A DNA stretch of 63,295 nt, filler included, from Kipferlia bialata (lineage: Eukaryota): NCBI GenBank assembly GCA_003568945.1. It is 8 parts of 7 records of this genome, joined end to end, with 100 filler letters (N's around TTAATTAATTAA, not from the genome) between each part and the next. Parts side by side here need not be neighbours in the genome. Positions count along the whole stretch, not along the records: positions 20,437 to 34,569 come from BDIP01000854.1; positions 34,670 to 39,262 come from BDIP01000855.1; positions 39,363 to 46,862 come from BDIP01000855.1; 5 more parts are not named here. One strand, given 5' to 3'. A model generated the notes under the pieces. That model was not told the origin of the DNA and did no database searches. It saw only the letters and a program-made list of their open reading frames with translations. Shown here piece after piece: positions 27,836-40,156 of the stretch (position 1 is its first letter; each line of letters opens with the position of its first letter). The position numbers were made by a program, and so were the translations under genes.

Positions 27836-30727
27836 ATATACAATAATAGTAATATATCCTCACAGGGGGTATATATATAAATATATATTATATTTTACAT
27901 ATATATATGCACTTACCTGCATACACAGCAGTCATGGGTACAAATATACACCACTACCTGCGTATATTTATATATATATATTCTTATTGGTATATACATT
28001 CTCACCTGCGTGTATATATATATATCTATTGTACGTAGTATATATATACATCCTCACCTGCGTACACCGCAGTCATGGGCTTGTACCCCCCATCTCTGTC
28101 CCTCTCTGCTGCAAACATGGTCAGAAACTCAACCTTAAGTGAGAATAATACAATGAGATGAAATTATAGATAATACGGAGATATGAGTATATGGACATAT
28201 AGTTTGTAGCCATGTGGAGATATGTGGCTGCTGAAATGTGTCTGCAAACATGGTTAGGAACTCAACCTGGGTTGTTAAAGACTAACAATGTAAATGAGTA
28301 TATATACATAGATGGTTTGAAAGATTACGGAGATATGTCGACGCACCTCTGAGAAGAACAGCTTCCTCTGCCCCCAGTGCAGCACGGACTTGGCCTCGCC
28401 TCTCCTGAAGGGTTAGAAAGAGTATACATACACTCATATATACACATATATACACATACACAGTATACCTCCTCCTGTACGGTGCCTGGGGTGCATCCTG
28501 GGGAAGGAGTCGGTGGACCTGGGGTTAGGGTATATATACATAAGACATGCTGTATATGTATCATAGGATATATATGATATATATGATACACATAGTATAC
28601 ATCATTAACAATTACTGGGAAGGAGTTGATGGACCTGGGGGGTAACCACACACTCATACATATATATATTTATACCTGCTCCTCGTGGATGGGTGGGTAC
28701 TCGCCAACCATCTGCACATACTGCCTGGGGTGAGGGAATCAGTACTGTATGAGAAGTATATTGACATATACATACATAAATGTAGGTATATAAAGGACAT
28801 TGGGGTACTAACATCTGCACATACTGCCTGGGGGTTAGAAAGAAAACAGAACGTTTTTATATGACTATATTCACGATCCCCACTGACATTGTGTGTGGGT
28901 TGCTCTGCCACCTAGCCCGCTCACTAAACATATACATATACTCATATCACAACATATACCGATACATTCAAATATTATTATTGATTCATATATTATGAAT
29001 AGTTCATACATATATACACTAGTCCTTACTTTGTGTGTGGGTTGCTCTGCCACCTGGCCCACTCTGGCCTAGACTCATCCTCGGGTATGTCCTCAGGGTT
29101 GTACTGACGTCTGGAACGTTAGATGAACGATAATGAACGGTGTACGTTAGCTATATGGACGTATGAAACTATTACCTGGTACTCATTGCCCCCCTGTCCT
29201 TGTCCTTGACAGGTGTGTTGTCACTCTCCCTCTTGCTCTCTCTCTCCCTCTCCCTAACGGCCTCGAGGTCCTTGCGGAGAACAACCCTTGGAGTGAGTAA
29301 AAAGATATGGACTATATACACTATATAGATAGAGAACAACCCTTAGAGTGAGTGAAGTATAATATACCTAGCATATATGCCAAAGAACAACCCTTATTAT
29401 GAGCATAACAATACAGGGTACTACTATAAAAGAGTCTAAGGCAATACTAAGTGTCTAACTGACCTTGGGGTGGATGATGAGGCCGGTCTCTTGACTAGTA
29501 TATGCACACACACGTAATATATACAATATATATATATATATATATACGGGTCCATTGTCTAATCTTGGTGTTGTTGATGAGGAAATAGAAACCTACTACA
29601 TATATCCTCAGTCAGAGGACCTTGGTGTTGTGGATGAGGCCGGTCTCTTGGCAGGGCCTATATACTGCACTATATAGGAAACCAAATATGTATATATACA
29701 TATTATATACAATATATTATTGACTAGTTTAATATTACCTAGGTGTTGTGGATGAGGCCGGTCTCTTGGCAGTATATATACACACACATTATATAATATA
29801 TATACGTGTATAATATATATACGTGAATATTGTCAAAATAGGGTCTAATTATACCTTGGTGTTGTGGATGAGGCCGGTCTCTTGGCAGGTGTCTTGCCAA
29901 ATGCCTTGTCGGCCTCCTCCTGAGGGTGAATAAAGGGTGTATAGAGAGAGAGAGAGAGAAAGAGTAGAGCAAAATGTGAAATATAGGGCATACAAACAAC
30001 CATAGATACTCATATCTTTATACATCAACTACATTAGTATATATATATACATACATACATATATATATGTGTATGTGGACTACACTCATACCTGTGTCAC
30101 AAACTGGTCCTCAGCCCATGAGGTGGGCAGGATGGGCACAGCACCTGGGGTAAGTGGATGTATACAGGAATAAATACAGTATATATAGTATATATAGTAT
30201 ATATACAATATGCATGTTATGTCCTCTGCCCATGATGTGGGCAGGATGGGCACACCAGCTGGGGAAAGTGGTATATACAATAGTGTATATATATAGAGAG
30301 AGAGACAGAGAGAGACGATGTGGGCAGGATGGGCACTTCACCTGGGGTCAGATATGTTTGTACTTGTATAACGTATATTCTATAGTATCTGCCCATCCAC
30401 CCTTGTAACATCTCTCTCCCCCTATATATACATATAGTATATATAACTGATATATCCATACCCTTGTCCCCCTTGGCCGGTGTCTGCAGGTCGGCATCTC
30501 TCTCTCTCTCTCTTTATATATATATGTATACATATATACAGTATATATAGTATATACAATCTCATACCCTTGTCCCCCTTGGCCGGTGTCTGCAGGTCGG
30601 CATCATCGCCAAGGACTGGGGGTGAGATATTGTAAGATAATGAAATGAAAGTAATATATACTTTATATACTACACAAGTATGGCCTTGAATATGTAAGGT
30701 CGGCATCATCGCCAAGGACTGGGGGTT

Positions 30728-30774
<47 letters not shown>

Positions 30775-31754
30775 ATGGCCAAGGACTGGGGGTGAGATGT
30801 ATAGTCGCATCAGGAGAGATGTACATGCACTATAGAAAACTGTATATTGAGAGTACACATACACTGATATGTAGGTATGTAAATCATGTACATATATTAT
30901 ACAAATCCAAACACACACATACCTGTCTTGACTCTTCTGAGTGACTCGTACCACACCCTTTATACATAGACTAGTATATATATACACATACACAAGCATA
31001 TATATATACTACGAAGTATAATATTAAGCATTCACTAAGATACCTGTCTTGAGCCTTGTGAGTGACTCGTACCACACCCTGTAGTCTGGCCAGAGCTGCT
31101 TCTTCTCCCTAGAGTTAAGTATATCGTACATAGTAGTATATATAGAGTGATATAGGTTGATATATATCAATAGATACACTGTACACTGTAGTCTGGCCAG
31201 AGCTGCTTCTTCTCCCTGGGGGATAATGGATACATATATACAAATACACATATCGCCACTACATAAATCACCAAGAGTAATATCTGTAGAGAAATACCTC
31301 GATGGTGCCGCTGGGTCTGCGTTCCATGACATATACACGAATAAATATGAATACGAATATACCATATATCTCTCTACACATATATATATGGCATACCTTG
31401 ATGGTGCCGCTGGGTCTGCGTTCCAGGGCTTCTCAGTCACATAGTGCAGCACCCTGGGGCGTAAGACAACTACCGATTACAGTACAGAGTTACAAGGTAT
31501 AGTGTATATGGGTTAGACATCTATCTCTATATACAGTATATACAGAATATAAACTATAGTATATAGTATACCAATATAACCAGGGCTTCTTAGTCACATA
31601 ATGCAGGACCCTTGTTGTGAGATCTATCTCACTATATACTACACAAGTACTACACTGCACTCTCTCTTGGCGTCATACACACACACACACTATCTCTATC
31701 ACTGTCAATATATACTATATCTATACACACCTCACTGCACTCTCTGCCTGGGTG

Positions 31755-31804
<50 letters not shown>

Positions 31805-31861
31805 CCATATACACCCTATACCTCACTGCACTCTCTGCCCTGGTGTCACTCTCCAGGGCTG

Positions 31862-31895
<34 letters not shown>

Positions 31896-32685
31896 ATTAT
31901 ATTCTATATACCTGACTGCACTCTCTGCCTTGGTGTCACTCTCCAGGGATGTCTCTCTCTCTCTCTCTATATATACATATATATATACCCTATACCCTAT
32001 ACCTTACTGCACTCTCTGCCCTTGTGTCACTCTCCAGGGCAGACACGGCATACTATACTACTAATACATACAATATAGTATATATATCTATATATACTAT
32101 ATACTCTATACCTCACTGCACTCTCTGCCTTGGTGTCACTCTCCAGGGCAGACACGGCATCAACCTCCATGCCCTGTGCCTCGGGCTCGGGCTCGGGGAG
32201 GGGGGCTAGGGTGAGTACATATGTCTACTTAGGTACACTAATATATAGAGTACCACTACTGCTACTTTTCTACACTCCATGTCTCTGCCTAAGGGAGGGG
32301 GGCTGGTATGAGTAGTTACATACATACATACTGCATACATATATACACATTCTATATACACATACATATACACTGTATATACTCACCCATCGCACTCTCT
32401 GGGATCAGGGTGGCACTGCCATCCTCTGCAATGCGGTAGCGCCTAGGGTGAGGATATATATAGAGCAAACAATATATATACACATAGAGAGAGAGAGAGA
32501 TAGAGTGTGTGTAGCACTGCCATCCTCTGCAATTCGGTAGCGTCTGGAGTAAGTGGAAATAATATATAGGGGGAGAAACCGGGAGAGAAAACACGGCTCA
32601 GTACAATCCTTCTCAGCATAGAGAGAGTGTATCAACCTGGAGGATTGACTGGCATTGCCTCTATCCCTGGCCTGCCCTTGGGCAT

Positions 32686-32719
<34 letters not shown>

Positions 32720-32884
32720 TTATCTATATACAATATACATACTATTCACTATACTCTCTACATTATATATACCTTGGGTTGACTGGCATTGCCTCCACCC
32801 CTGGTCTGCCCTTGGGCATTGGGAGCAGGGACAGCTTGCCAGACTCAATGTCGTCTAGGGAGTAATTACTACTCTCTCTCTCTC

Positions 32885-32932
<48 letters not shown>

Positions 32933-33193
32933 TATGTGTATTCGGAATGGGTAGGACACATAGTAATATCTAATAACAATAATCTAATATCCATCTCAGG
33001 ACCTAAGTATACATCAACTCTGTTTTGCCGAGACAATATAGTGCAGTGTATCACTCTCAGTATACTACTCTTATTACACTCACCCTTCTGCCAGCTGACA
33101 CAGTTAAATGCTCTGCCAATATTGGTCCAGGGGGTGAAGCAGGATCCCTGAGAGCTGATATGAGTGTATATATATATACTAGCTATATATATG

Positions 33194-33235
<42 letters not shown>

Positions 33236-33481
33236 GTTGGTCCAGGGGAGCTGGGGACTAGGGTGAGTATATATTGAGAGAGAGAGAAAGAGAGAGTATC
33301 CCACCTCTTCCTCATGTAGTGCAGGGACACCAACTGCTATTTGTAATTAGATAGTACAACATACTGTATATATATGTATGTATCTATATATATGTGGGTG
33401 TCTGTATATACCTCTTCCTCATGTAGTGCAGAGACACCAGCTGCTCATCGGGACCAGCACAGAAGACCCTGATATAAGGGT

Positions 33482-33518
<37 letters not shown>

Positions 33519-34472
33519 GTCTTGACCAGCACAGAAGACCCTGATATAAGGGTGTACAGAGAGAGAGAGAGAGACATAGACAGAGAGAGAGAGAGAGAGA
33601 GAGAGAACTATAATTCTTCAGTACCTGTCTCCATACTTCCTGGAGCATCCCCCCCTCTCTCTATACATACACATATATATACATCAACGCATACCTGTCT
33701 CCATACTTCCTGGACCCGTATCCATCGACAGAGGCAAGCATGGCCTGGGGAGTTAGAGAGTACATATGTGAATATAATATTGTATTATATTCATAAATAT
33801 ATATAGATATATCAATAATCTGGGACTATATAGTGCGTGTGTCAGTATCCATCGACAGAGGCAAGCGGAGTTAGAGTGCAAAGACTATACTATGCACAGA
33901 GACCCACCTTGTGATCCTCCTCATTGGCTTGTAAGCACACACTCATACACATTCTATACACTTGTATACATACACATTCTATACACTTGTATACATATAT
34001 CCACTACACCTTGTGGTCCTCCTCACTGGGCTCGAGTAGCCAACATGCACCTGACATGCCATAGGAACTGGAATGAGGGTGTAGAGGGAGAGAGAGAGAG
34101 AGAGAGAGAATACACCAGATATGCCATAGGAACTGGGATAAGGTCGAATTCAACTCTCTGCCTATACATATATATCTTTTCACATACCCCATGAGACTCC
34201 TCAGCAGGTCTGCACATACCGCCTTTCTCTCTCTTTCTCTCTCTCTCTATTCCTACAAATATACCTTCACACACATACATATATATACATAACCACACTC
34301 ACCCCCTGAGACTCCTCATCAGGTCTGCCTCGGGGACATAGCCCCCCCCCCCCCTCCCTCTCTCTCTCTCTCTCTCCCTACATGAACATGTATATATACA
34401 TATATATATATCCATACCCCCTGAGACTCCTCATCAGGTCTGCCTCAGGGACAGGAGCACCGTGGGGGAGGC
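21046..34472 (-). CDS. Fusion protein, 5' partial: P13-like GT8 glycosyltransferase + VP39-like cap-specific mRNA (nucleoside-2'-O)-methyltransferase (poly(A) polymerase regulatory subunit family) + RS/RD tail
   Basis: GT8 motifs: HGAPVPEADLMRSL, SGACWLLEPS, GPDEQLV, WTNIGRAFNCVSW, VLHYVTEKPW, WPDYRVW. MTase motifs: YRRRRGEAKSVLHWGQRKLFFSEVEFL, VYAGAAPGTH, FDLWDPNPF, FFTDE, LFISDIR, MLKFRLPW, YLDGKVMLPIWGPQTTTESRL, YEGQMFYFNT, GLDHCFDCAAE. All junctions checked between the two domains keep phase. Stop TAG at 21046-21048. Confidence 0.85.
24895..25340 (-). repeat. Array of four truncated acceptor+exon-start copies upstream of the LIPTPLMGLEKDRLD exon
   Basis: Copies at ~25005-25052, 25111-25160, 25210-25248 and 25298-25330. 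Confidence 0.95.
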
Positions 34473-34514
34473 CTGGAGTGAGTATACAGTATTGTAATAT
34501 ACAGAGAGAGAGAG

Positions 34515-34569
<55 letters not shown>

Positions 34570-34669
34570 NNNNNNNNNNNNNNNNNNNNNNNNNNNNNNN
34601 NNNNNNNNNNNNNTTAATTAATTAANNNNNNNNNNNNNNNNNNNNNNNNNNNNNNNNNNNNNNNNNNNN
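34570..34669. other. Artificial contig-joining linker
   Basis: N44-TTAATTAATTAA-N44. Confidence 0.97.
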
Positions 34670-34810
34670 TCGTAATTTTCAGTCTTCCCCTCTCTTACCC
34701 TTGCCCCCCCCCCCCCCCCTCGTAAATACATGTGTGCTCATATTACTCTGCGATGACTGTCTCTCCATATGTATGTACATATATACCCTCCTCCCTTCCC
34801 TTACCCCTAG

Positions 34811-36955
34811 GTGACATAGGCCAGGTGGGTGACCACTCGTGGGAGAGGGCAGTCCAGGCAGCTGGTGGGTGATATATATTTATGTGTGTGTTTATATATA
34901 TACATGAATGGAGAATCCTCTCTCTCTCTCTCTCTCTTGTTCGTGGGATAGGGCAGTCCAGGCAGCAGGTGGTGCATATATATATATAGAGAGAGAGAGA
35001 AAGGTATAGATATACCTTTTACACATTTAGAGAGTAGTAACTGTGCATAATTCTCATTTCCGTCGCTCTCTCTCACTCATAAGAGAGGCCACGGGCATAC
35101 ACATCCACATGCGTTACAGTATTCGCCCCCCCCCCCCTCACTTCTCTTTCTCTATCATCTCATCCTCAGCATCTATCTATGCCCATGTGGTAGTTGTACC
35201 TATATATATATATATACTATTCTATATATGTATATCTACACTTGTATCCCTCTCCCATCTCTCTCTCATATCAGCGTCTGTCTATGCCCGTGTGGTAGTT
35301 GTCCCTGGCAACCACGAGTACTACATATTTATGTATTTATATTTCCCTCTCCCTCATATCTCTCATCCCACCCTCAGCGTCTGTCTATGCCCATGTGGTA
35401 GTTGTACCTGGCAACCATGAGTACTATAGAGTCCAGGGCGAGAAGGAACTGGGCATGGCAGAGTGTGATGCAAGAATGGAAGGTATCTTCATATGTACTT
35501 AATGTGCATATATACAGGTGAACATCTGTGTATACTAGGTGCTGAGCATCGCAGAGTGTGATACCAGGATGCAAGGTATATACATGTTTACTACATGGGT
35601 GGATATGTATTTTAACCTGGATAGAGAGTAGGATGAATCATTTATAGAGTTGCCCCCCCCCCCCCACACCCCCCACACACACCGCATCCTTCTCTACCCC
35701 CAGACGTGTGTGCCTCTCTCCCCAATGTCCATCTGCTGAACAAGACATCGGTCGTGATAGAGGGGGTAAGGTATACCAGTGTACGCTGATCCTCCCCACC
35801 GTCTATTTATGAATATCTCCAACATTTATCAAAATATGTGCCTCTACTGGACTGCTTCTCCTCTCACTCCCAGGTTCTCTGGGTGCACTCTCTGGAGTGC
35901 CCTGGGTGAGGACTCACATGCCCCACACTTCCTCAGGCGTGTCTGTTCTCCATCTAGTGTCTGCGATACCCTAATACTGTGTCAACCTTTTGATCTTGTG
36001 ATTGTGAAAGAGGCTCACCCCCCAGAGACTTTGAGGCCATACCTGACTTTGACAAGAGGATACACACCAGAGAGGGGACAGCTCAGGCATACCTGGCAGT
36101 GCATAATGAACACAGGTGCGTTATCTATATATTTTCGCTCTCCTTGGACAATAACCACGATGACTTAGGGGCCTCATACTCACCAGTAGGGCATACATTG
36201 AGAGTGTTCTGTCCGAACCCCCATCCACCCCCACCCACCCCCATGTGGTGGTGACACACCATGGACCACTGCTAGCCATGAACACAAAGGTGAGTCATAG
36301 TTGTTATAGTCACCTTTCCAACCACTGTCACCCTTTTCTATCTCTAAATGCGACTTTCTAACTCTAAGGAGAGCGATGGGTTTGTATCTGATCTGATACT
36401 CATCTTGTTATTTAATGTATGAACATGTAGTTATTGCCAGCATCTCCTTACCCAATAGGAGAGTGTGTACAACCTGAGTGATGGGTTTGTGTCTGATCTG
36501 AGTGGTATCATCAACAGTGACAGGGTGTGTCTGTGGGTCAGTGGACACACACACCAGAGGATACAGACTAGGTATCATAACTATATATATACTCAATGTA
36601 CATACGCTCAAGGGTGAATTGTATTTTGCTACCACTAATTGTAACCCCAGGTGTAACGGCTCCCTCTCCATCTCCAACTGCCATGGATACCCAGGTATTG
36701 GTATCAGTATCGCATATATATATACTAATACTGATACTGACACCAGGGTACCAGGACACCAGGGGATATCAGTCTGTGGTGGTGGAAGTGCCCAGTCCAG
36801 AGGAAGAATGGTTGGATACCATAGACCCGTCTGCACCCCGTGCTGAGTGTGTCACCTGGTACCCTGACAAGTCAGAGGAGGATATGCCCATATCCATTGT
36901 GTCTTCACTGTCTGTGGGAGAGGTTGAGAAGGGTAGTAGGTGTAGTCTGGTGTAG
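34811..36955 (+). CDS. Calcineurin-like metallophosphoesterase, 5' partial, ending in a CaaX-like CSLV
   Basis: Spliced motifs GDIG, VVVVPGNHEYY, GCTLWS, VVVTHHGP, WVSGHTH, SNCHGYP in canonical order; last exon ends GSRCSLV*. Confidence 0.9.
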
Positions 36956-37620
36956 AGTGGCTATCAGAGGCACATGTAGTGGAAGCGGCATGGCACGGAC
37001 TCGCATAAGCAGATATATGTGCCTAGTTGGGTCACTGCGTGGGCCCTAGACATATCTATACTAGATATGGGAGTGTCTGACGTCCCAAGTCTGACGATAC
37101 CATTCTTTGGATTACCAGAGGCACGGGGGAGAGCGCCCTTTGCTGGACAGCCTTCGGAAGAGGACGTGGCAGATTCTGCCACGGCGGGTTGTCTAGGAGA
37201 GGCGAGGAATATATGGGAGCCTTGACCCTGAGAGGGTAGCATCAAATGCACCATGCCCGCTGTAGAGGTGTAGAGGTGGGACACTGTTGGGTCACACCCA
37301 AGATGGCCTCGCTCCACACTCCCCATCCGTCACTCTCTGTGGTTGCTTTGGGGACAATGGTTCACACCTCTTTGCACCAGACAGACTAGCTAAGTAGGAC
37401 CAAGGAATGCTACGACGATCTTGGCAGTTGAATAAGTAGAAGACATCAGCGATTGATAGCAATCTCATATGAATATACCAAGTCAGGTCAATACGAGAGT
37501 ATTGAGTGTGAAGCAGTACATATACATCTATTACAGTATCCCATTCTTCCATGGTAGAAAATAAGTGGCGGAACAGCCAAATTATGAGTATTACGGTACA
37601 CTCGGTATATACCCTGTGTC

Positions 37621-39145
37621 TTAGCACATACCGGCCAAGGGGTTGGCATGGACCAGCTGGGGAGAGGAGACGGTGATGTTGCAGTAGAACTGGGGTCAGG
37701 GGGGACGATGAGATGCATGCAAATCATATTGTGCTCAATTGCCAACCACAATATCATATAGTACATATTAGGTGCACATACATCTCCTAATAGACACACA
37801 CACATACATATATATCTTATAATACTGACTCTCCAACTACCCTATAATAACCTATAAACATATCTATACACTATATCTACATAATTATACCTGGTACATG
37901 GCCATCATCATGTAGGGCATGAGCCAGAAGAAGCCCACCCCCATGGACAGAACAGCCAGGATGCCCCACCCGATGAAGGACAGCTGGGGTTAGAGGGGGG
38001 TAGTATAACAGGGTGGCGGGAAGAGCTAAGTGGCAAAAACACACACATACCTGCCCCAGCCTATGAAGGAGAGCTGCATAGTGAGAAGAGAGTAGAGATA
38101 TATATGTATATATAACTCGAAGAAGAGCTCTATGGGATAATCATATCAGTATATATACATATACACATACCTGCATGCAGAAGAGCTTCCACTTGTTGCC
38201 CTTCATCATGGCGCCACTCCTGTCCAGGGCCTCGTTGCACCCACAGGTGGGGTCCTAATGATAAGATACACTAGATATACATCTACTACAGACATACACA
38301 TATATACAAGTGTGTATTGAAGAGAGAGAGAGGATATGAGTATGGAGCCTCGTTGCACCCACAGGTGGGGTCCTGGGGTCAGGAATATATATGTATGTAT
38401 ATAATGTACATTCCTATATGATACTTAGGCGGGGTCCTGGGGTTAGGAGGTATCAGAAGTACCTGTATGTATGTGATATATTCACATATATGATACCTAG
38501 GTGCGGTCAGGGTGAGGGAGGGCAGTACACATCCAGTAACCTCTATTCATTCTCTCCATATATAATATATATATGAAGTATATTAAACACACGATATACA
38601 TACCTGGATGATGATGAAACATTGTATCTATGAAGTATATTGCATATATGATTTCTATACCTGGATGATGAATTATTATATATATGAAGTATATGATATA
38701 TATTATATATATGATATACATATATATATATATAATATACCTGGATGATGATGAAGATGGCCATGGAGTACCGGAAGGCAGCAATGATGCCTGGGTGGTG
38801 GGTGGAGAGCGGAGAGTCACAGACATTATACACTACATCTAACACGCTCACGTATTCCCATATACTGTATATACATGGTATACACTGTATATAAGGCATA
38901 TAATACCTGGGATGATGAGGAGGATGGACCACAGCAGTATTCCCATATACTGTAAATATTTGGTATATACTGTATATATATGGCATATACTGATATATAT
39001 TCAACTGATGTACCATACCTGGGATGATGAGGAGGATGGACCACAGCAGCACGAACAGGGTCATTAGGAGCACGGTGCCGATGAGCTTGTAGAGGTAGAT
39101 GGACTTGAGCCCACTGAAGACAGTGGAGAAGTAAGGGGTGCTGTC
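37621..39145 (-). CDS. DUF975-family membrane protein, 5' partial
   Basis: LLWSILLIIP/GIIAAFRYSMAIFIIIQ/DPTCGCNEALDRSGAMMKGNKWKLFCMQ/LSFIGWGILAVLSMGVGFFWLMPYMMMAMYQ/FYCNI matches the DUF975 pattern (IPGII..YS..P..EA..S..MKG.KW.LF..LSFIGW..G.G..W..PY..FY). Confidence 0.85.
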
Positions 39146-39262
39146 CTGGGCTGGGTGTCAGCATCAACATGAATAGAATAAGGGGTCAGCATCAACATAG
39201 AGTCCAATACTATAATATGGGGGGGGGGGGGGGGGGGGGGGGGAAAAACCAAAAGAAAACCC

Positions 39263-39362
39263 NNNNNNNNNNNNNNNNNNNNNNNNNNNNNNNNNNNNNN
39301 NNNNNNTTAATTAATTAANNNNNNNNNNNNNNNNNNNNNNNNNNNNNNNNNNNNNNNNNNNN
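39263..39362. other. Artificial contig-joining linker
   Basis: N44-TTAATTAATTAA-N44. Confidence 0.97.
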
Positions 39363-39552
39363 TCCCCCCCTTTTTTTTTTTTTTCCCCCCCCCCCCCCCC
39401 CCCCCCCCCCCACACACACATATTTATATATCTCTTTCATTCCGCCCAATGATCGTGTATCCTACCCGCTCTTCCCATTCCCACTCACACCTCGGATGTT
39501 CCCTCTCTCTCTCTCTCTCTCTCTCCCTCTCTCTTCATCCCCTCACCCCCAG

Positions 39553-39799
39553 GCCGTGAGCGTCAGCAGTGGGCTGAGGAGAGGAGGGTCTATGAGGCCA
39601 GGCGCATAGCATTCGAGGCAGAGGTATTGACAGCTATCTCTCTCTCTCTCTCTCTCTCTCTCCCCCCCCTCTCTGTCTCTCTCTATCTATACTCAACCCA
39701 CCCCAGGTTGCCTCCCTTGCCAAGCAGAGGGACAGGTGCCACTCTGAGATGGAGCAGTACAAGGCAGCACTCCTGGCCAAGCTCAAGGTCAACTGCTGA
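39553..39799 (+). CDS. Last two exons of a coiled-coil protein
   Basis: GRERQQWAEERRVYEARRIAFEAE/VASLAKQRDRCHSEMEQYKAALLAKLKVNC* with canonical acceptors. Confidence 0.65.
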
Positions 39800-40156
39800 G
39801 AGAGAGAGAGAGAGGGGGGGGGGGAGCGAGCGAGAGAGAGAGAGGCTCAGCATCAGCTGGATGGGTGTGCGTTGTTAGGTCCCTTTGCAGGACTCTTTGT
39901 TTAGTTGTTGCCTTGTTGTTTAGTGCTTGTTGTTTCATGTTGTTTATGTCGTGTGTTTGAGTAGAGCATTAGTCCCAGGTCTAATGCAAAAATAGAAGTA
40001 GTGTCGTGAGTCTGTTGGTGTTATGTCTGGGTTTTCATGATATCAATATCAACACAAATCAAGCGCAAGCATTCTATTATGATCACAAGCAAACGAACTA
40101 TTAGTTACAGTACACACACATCAGGTCGGGAAACAATGAATATTGAACAACACACT

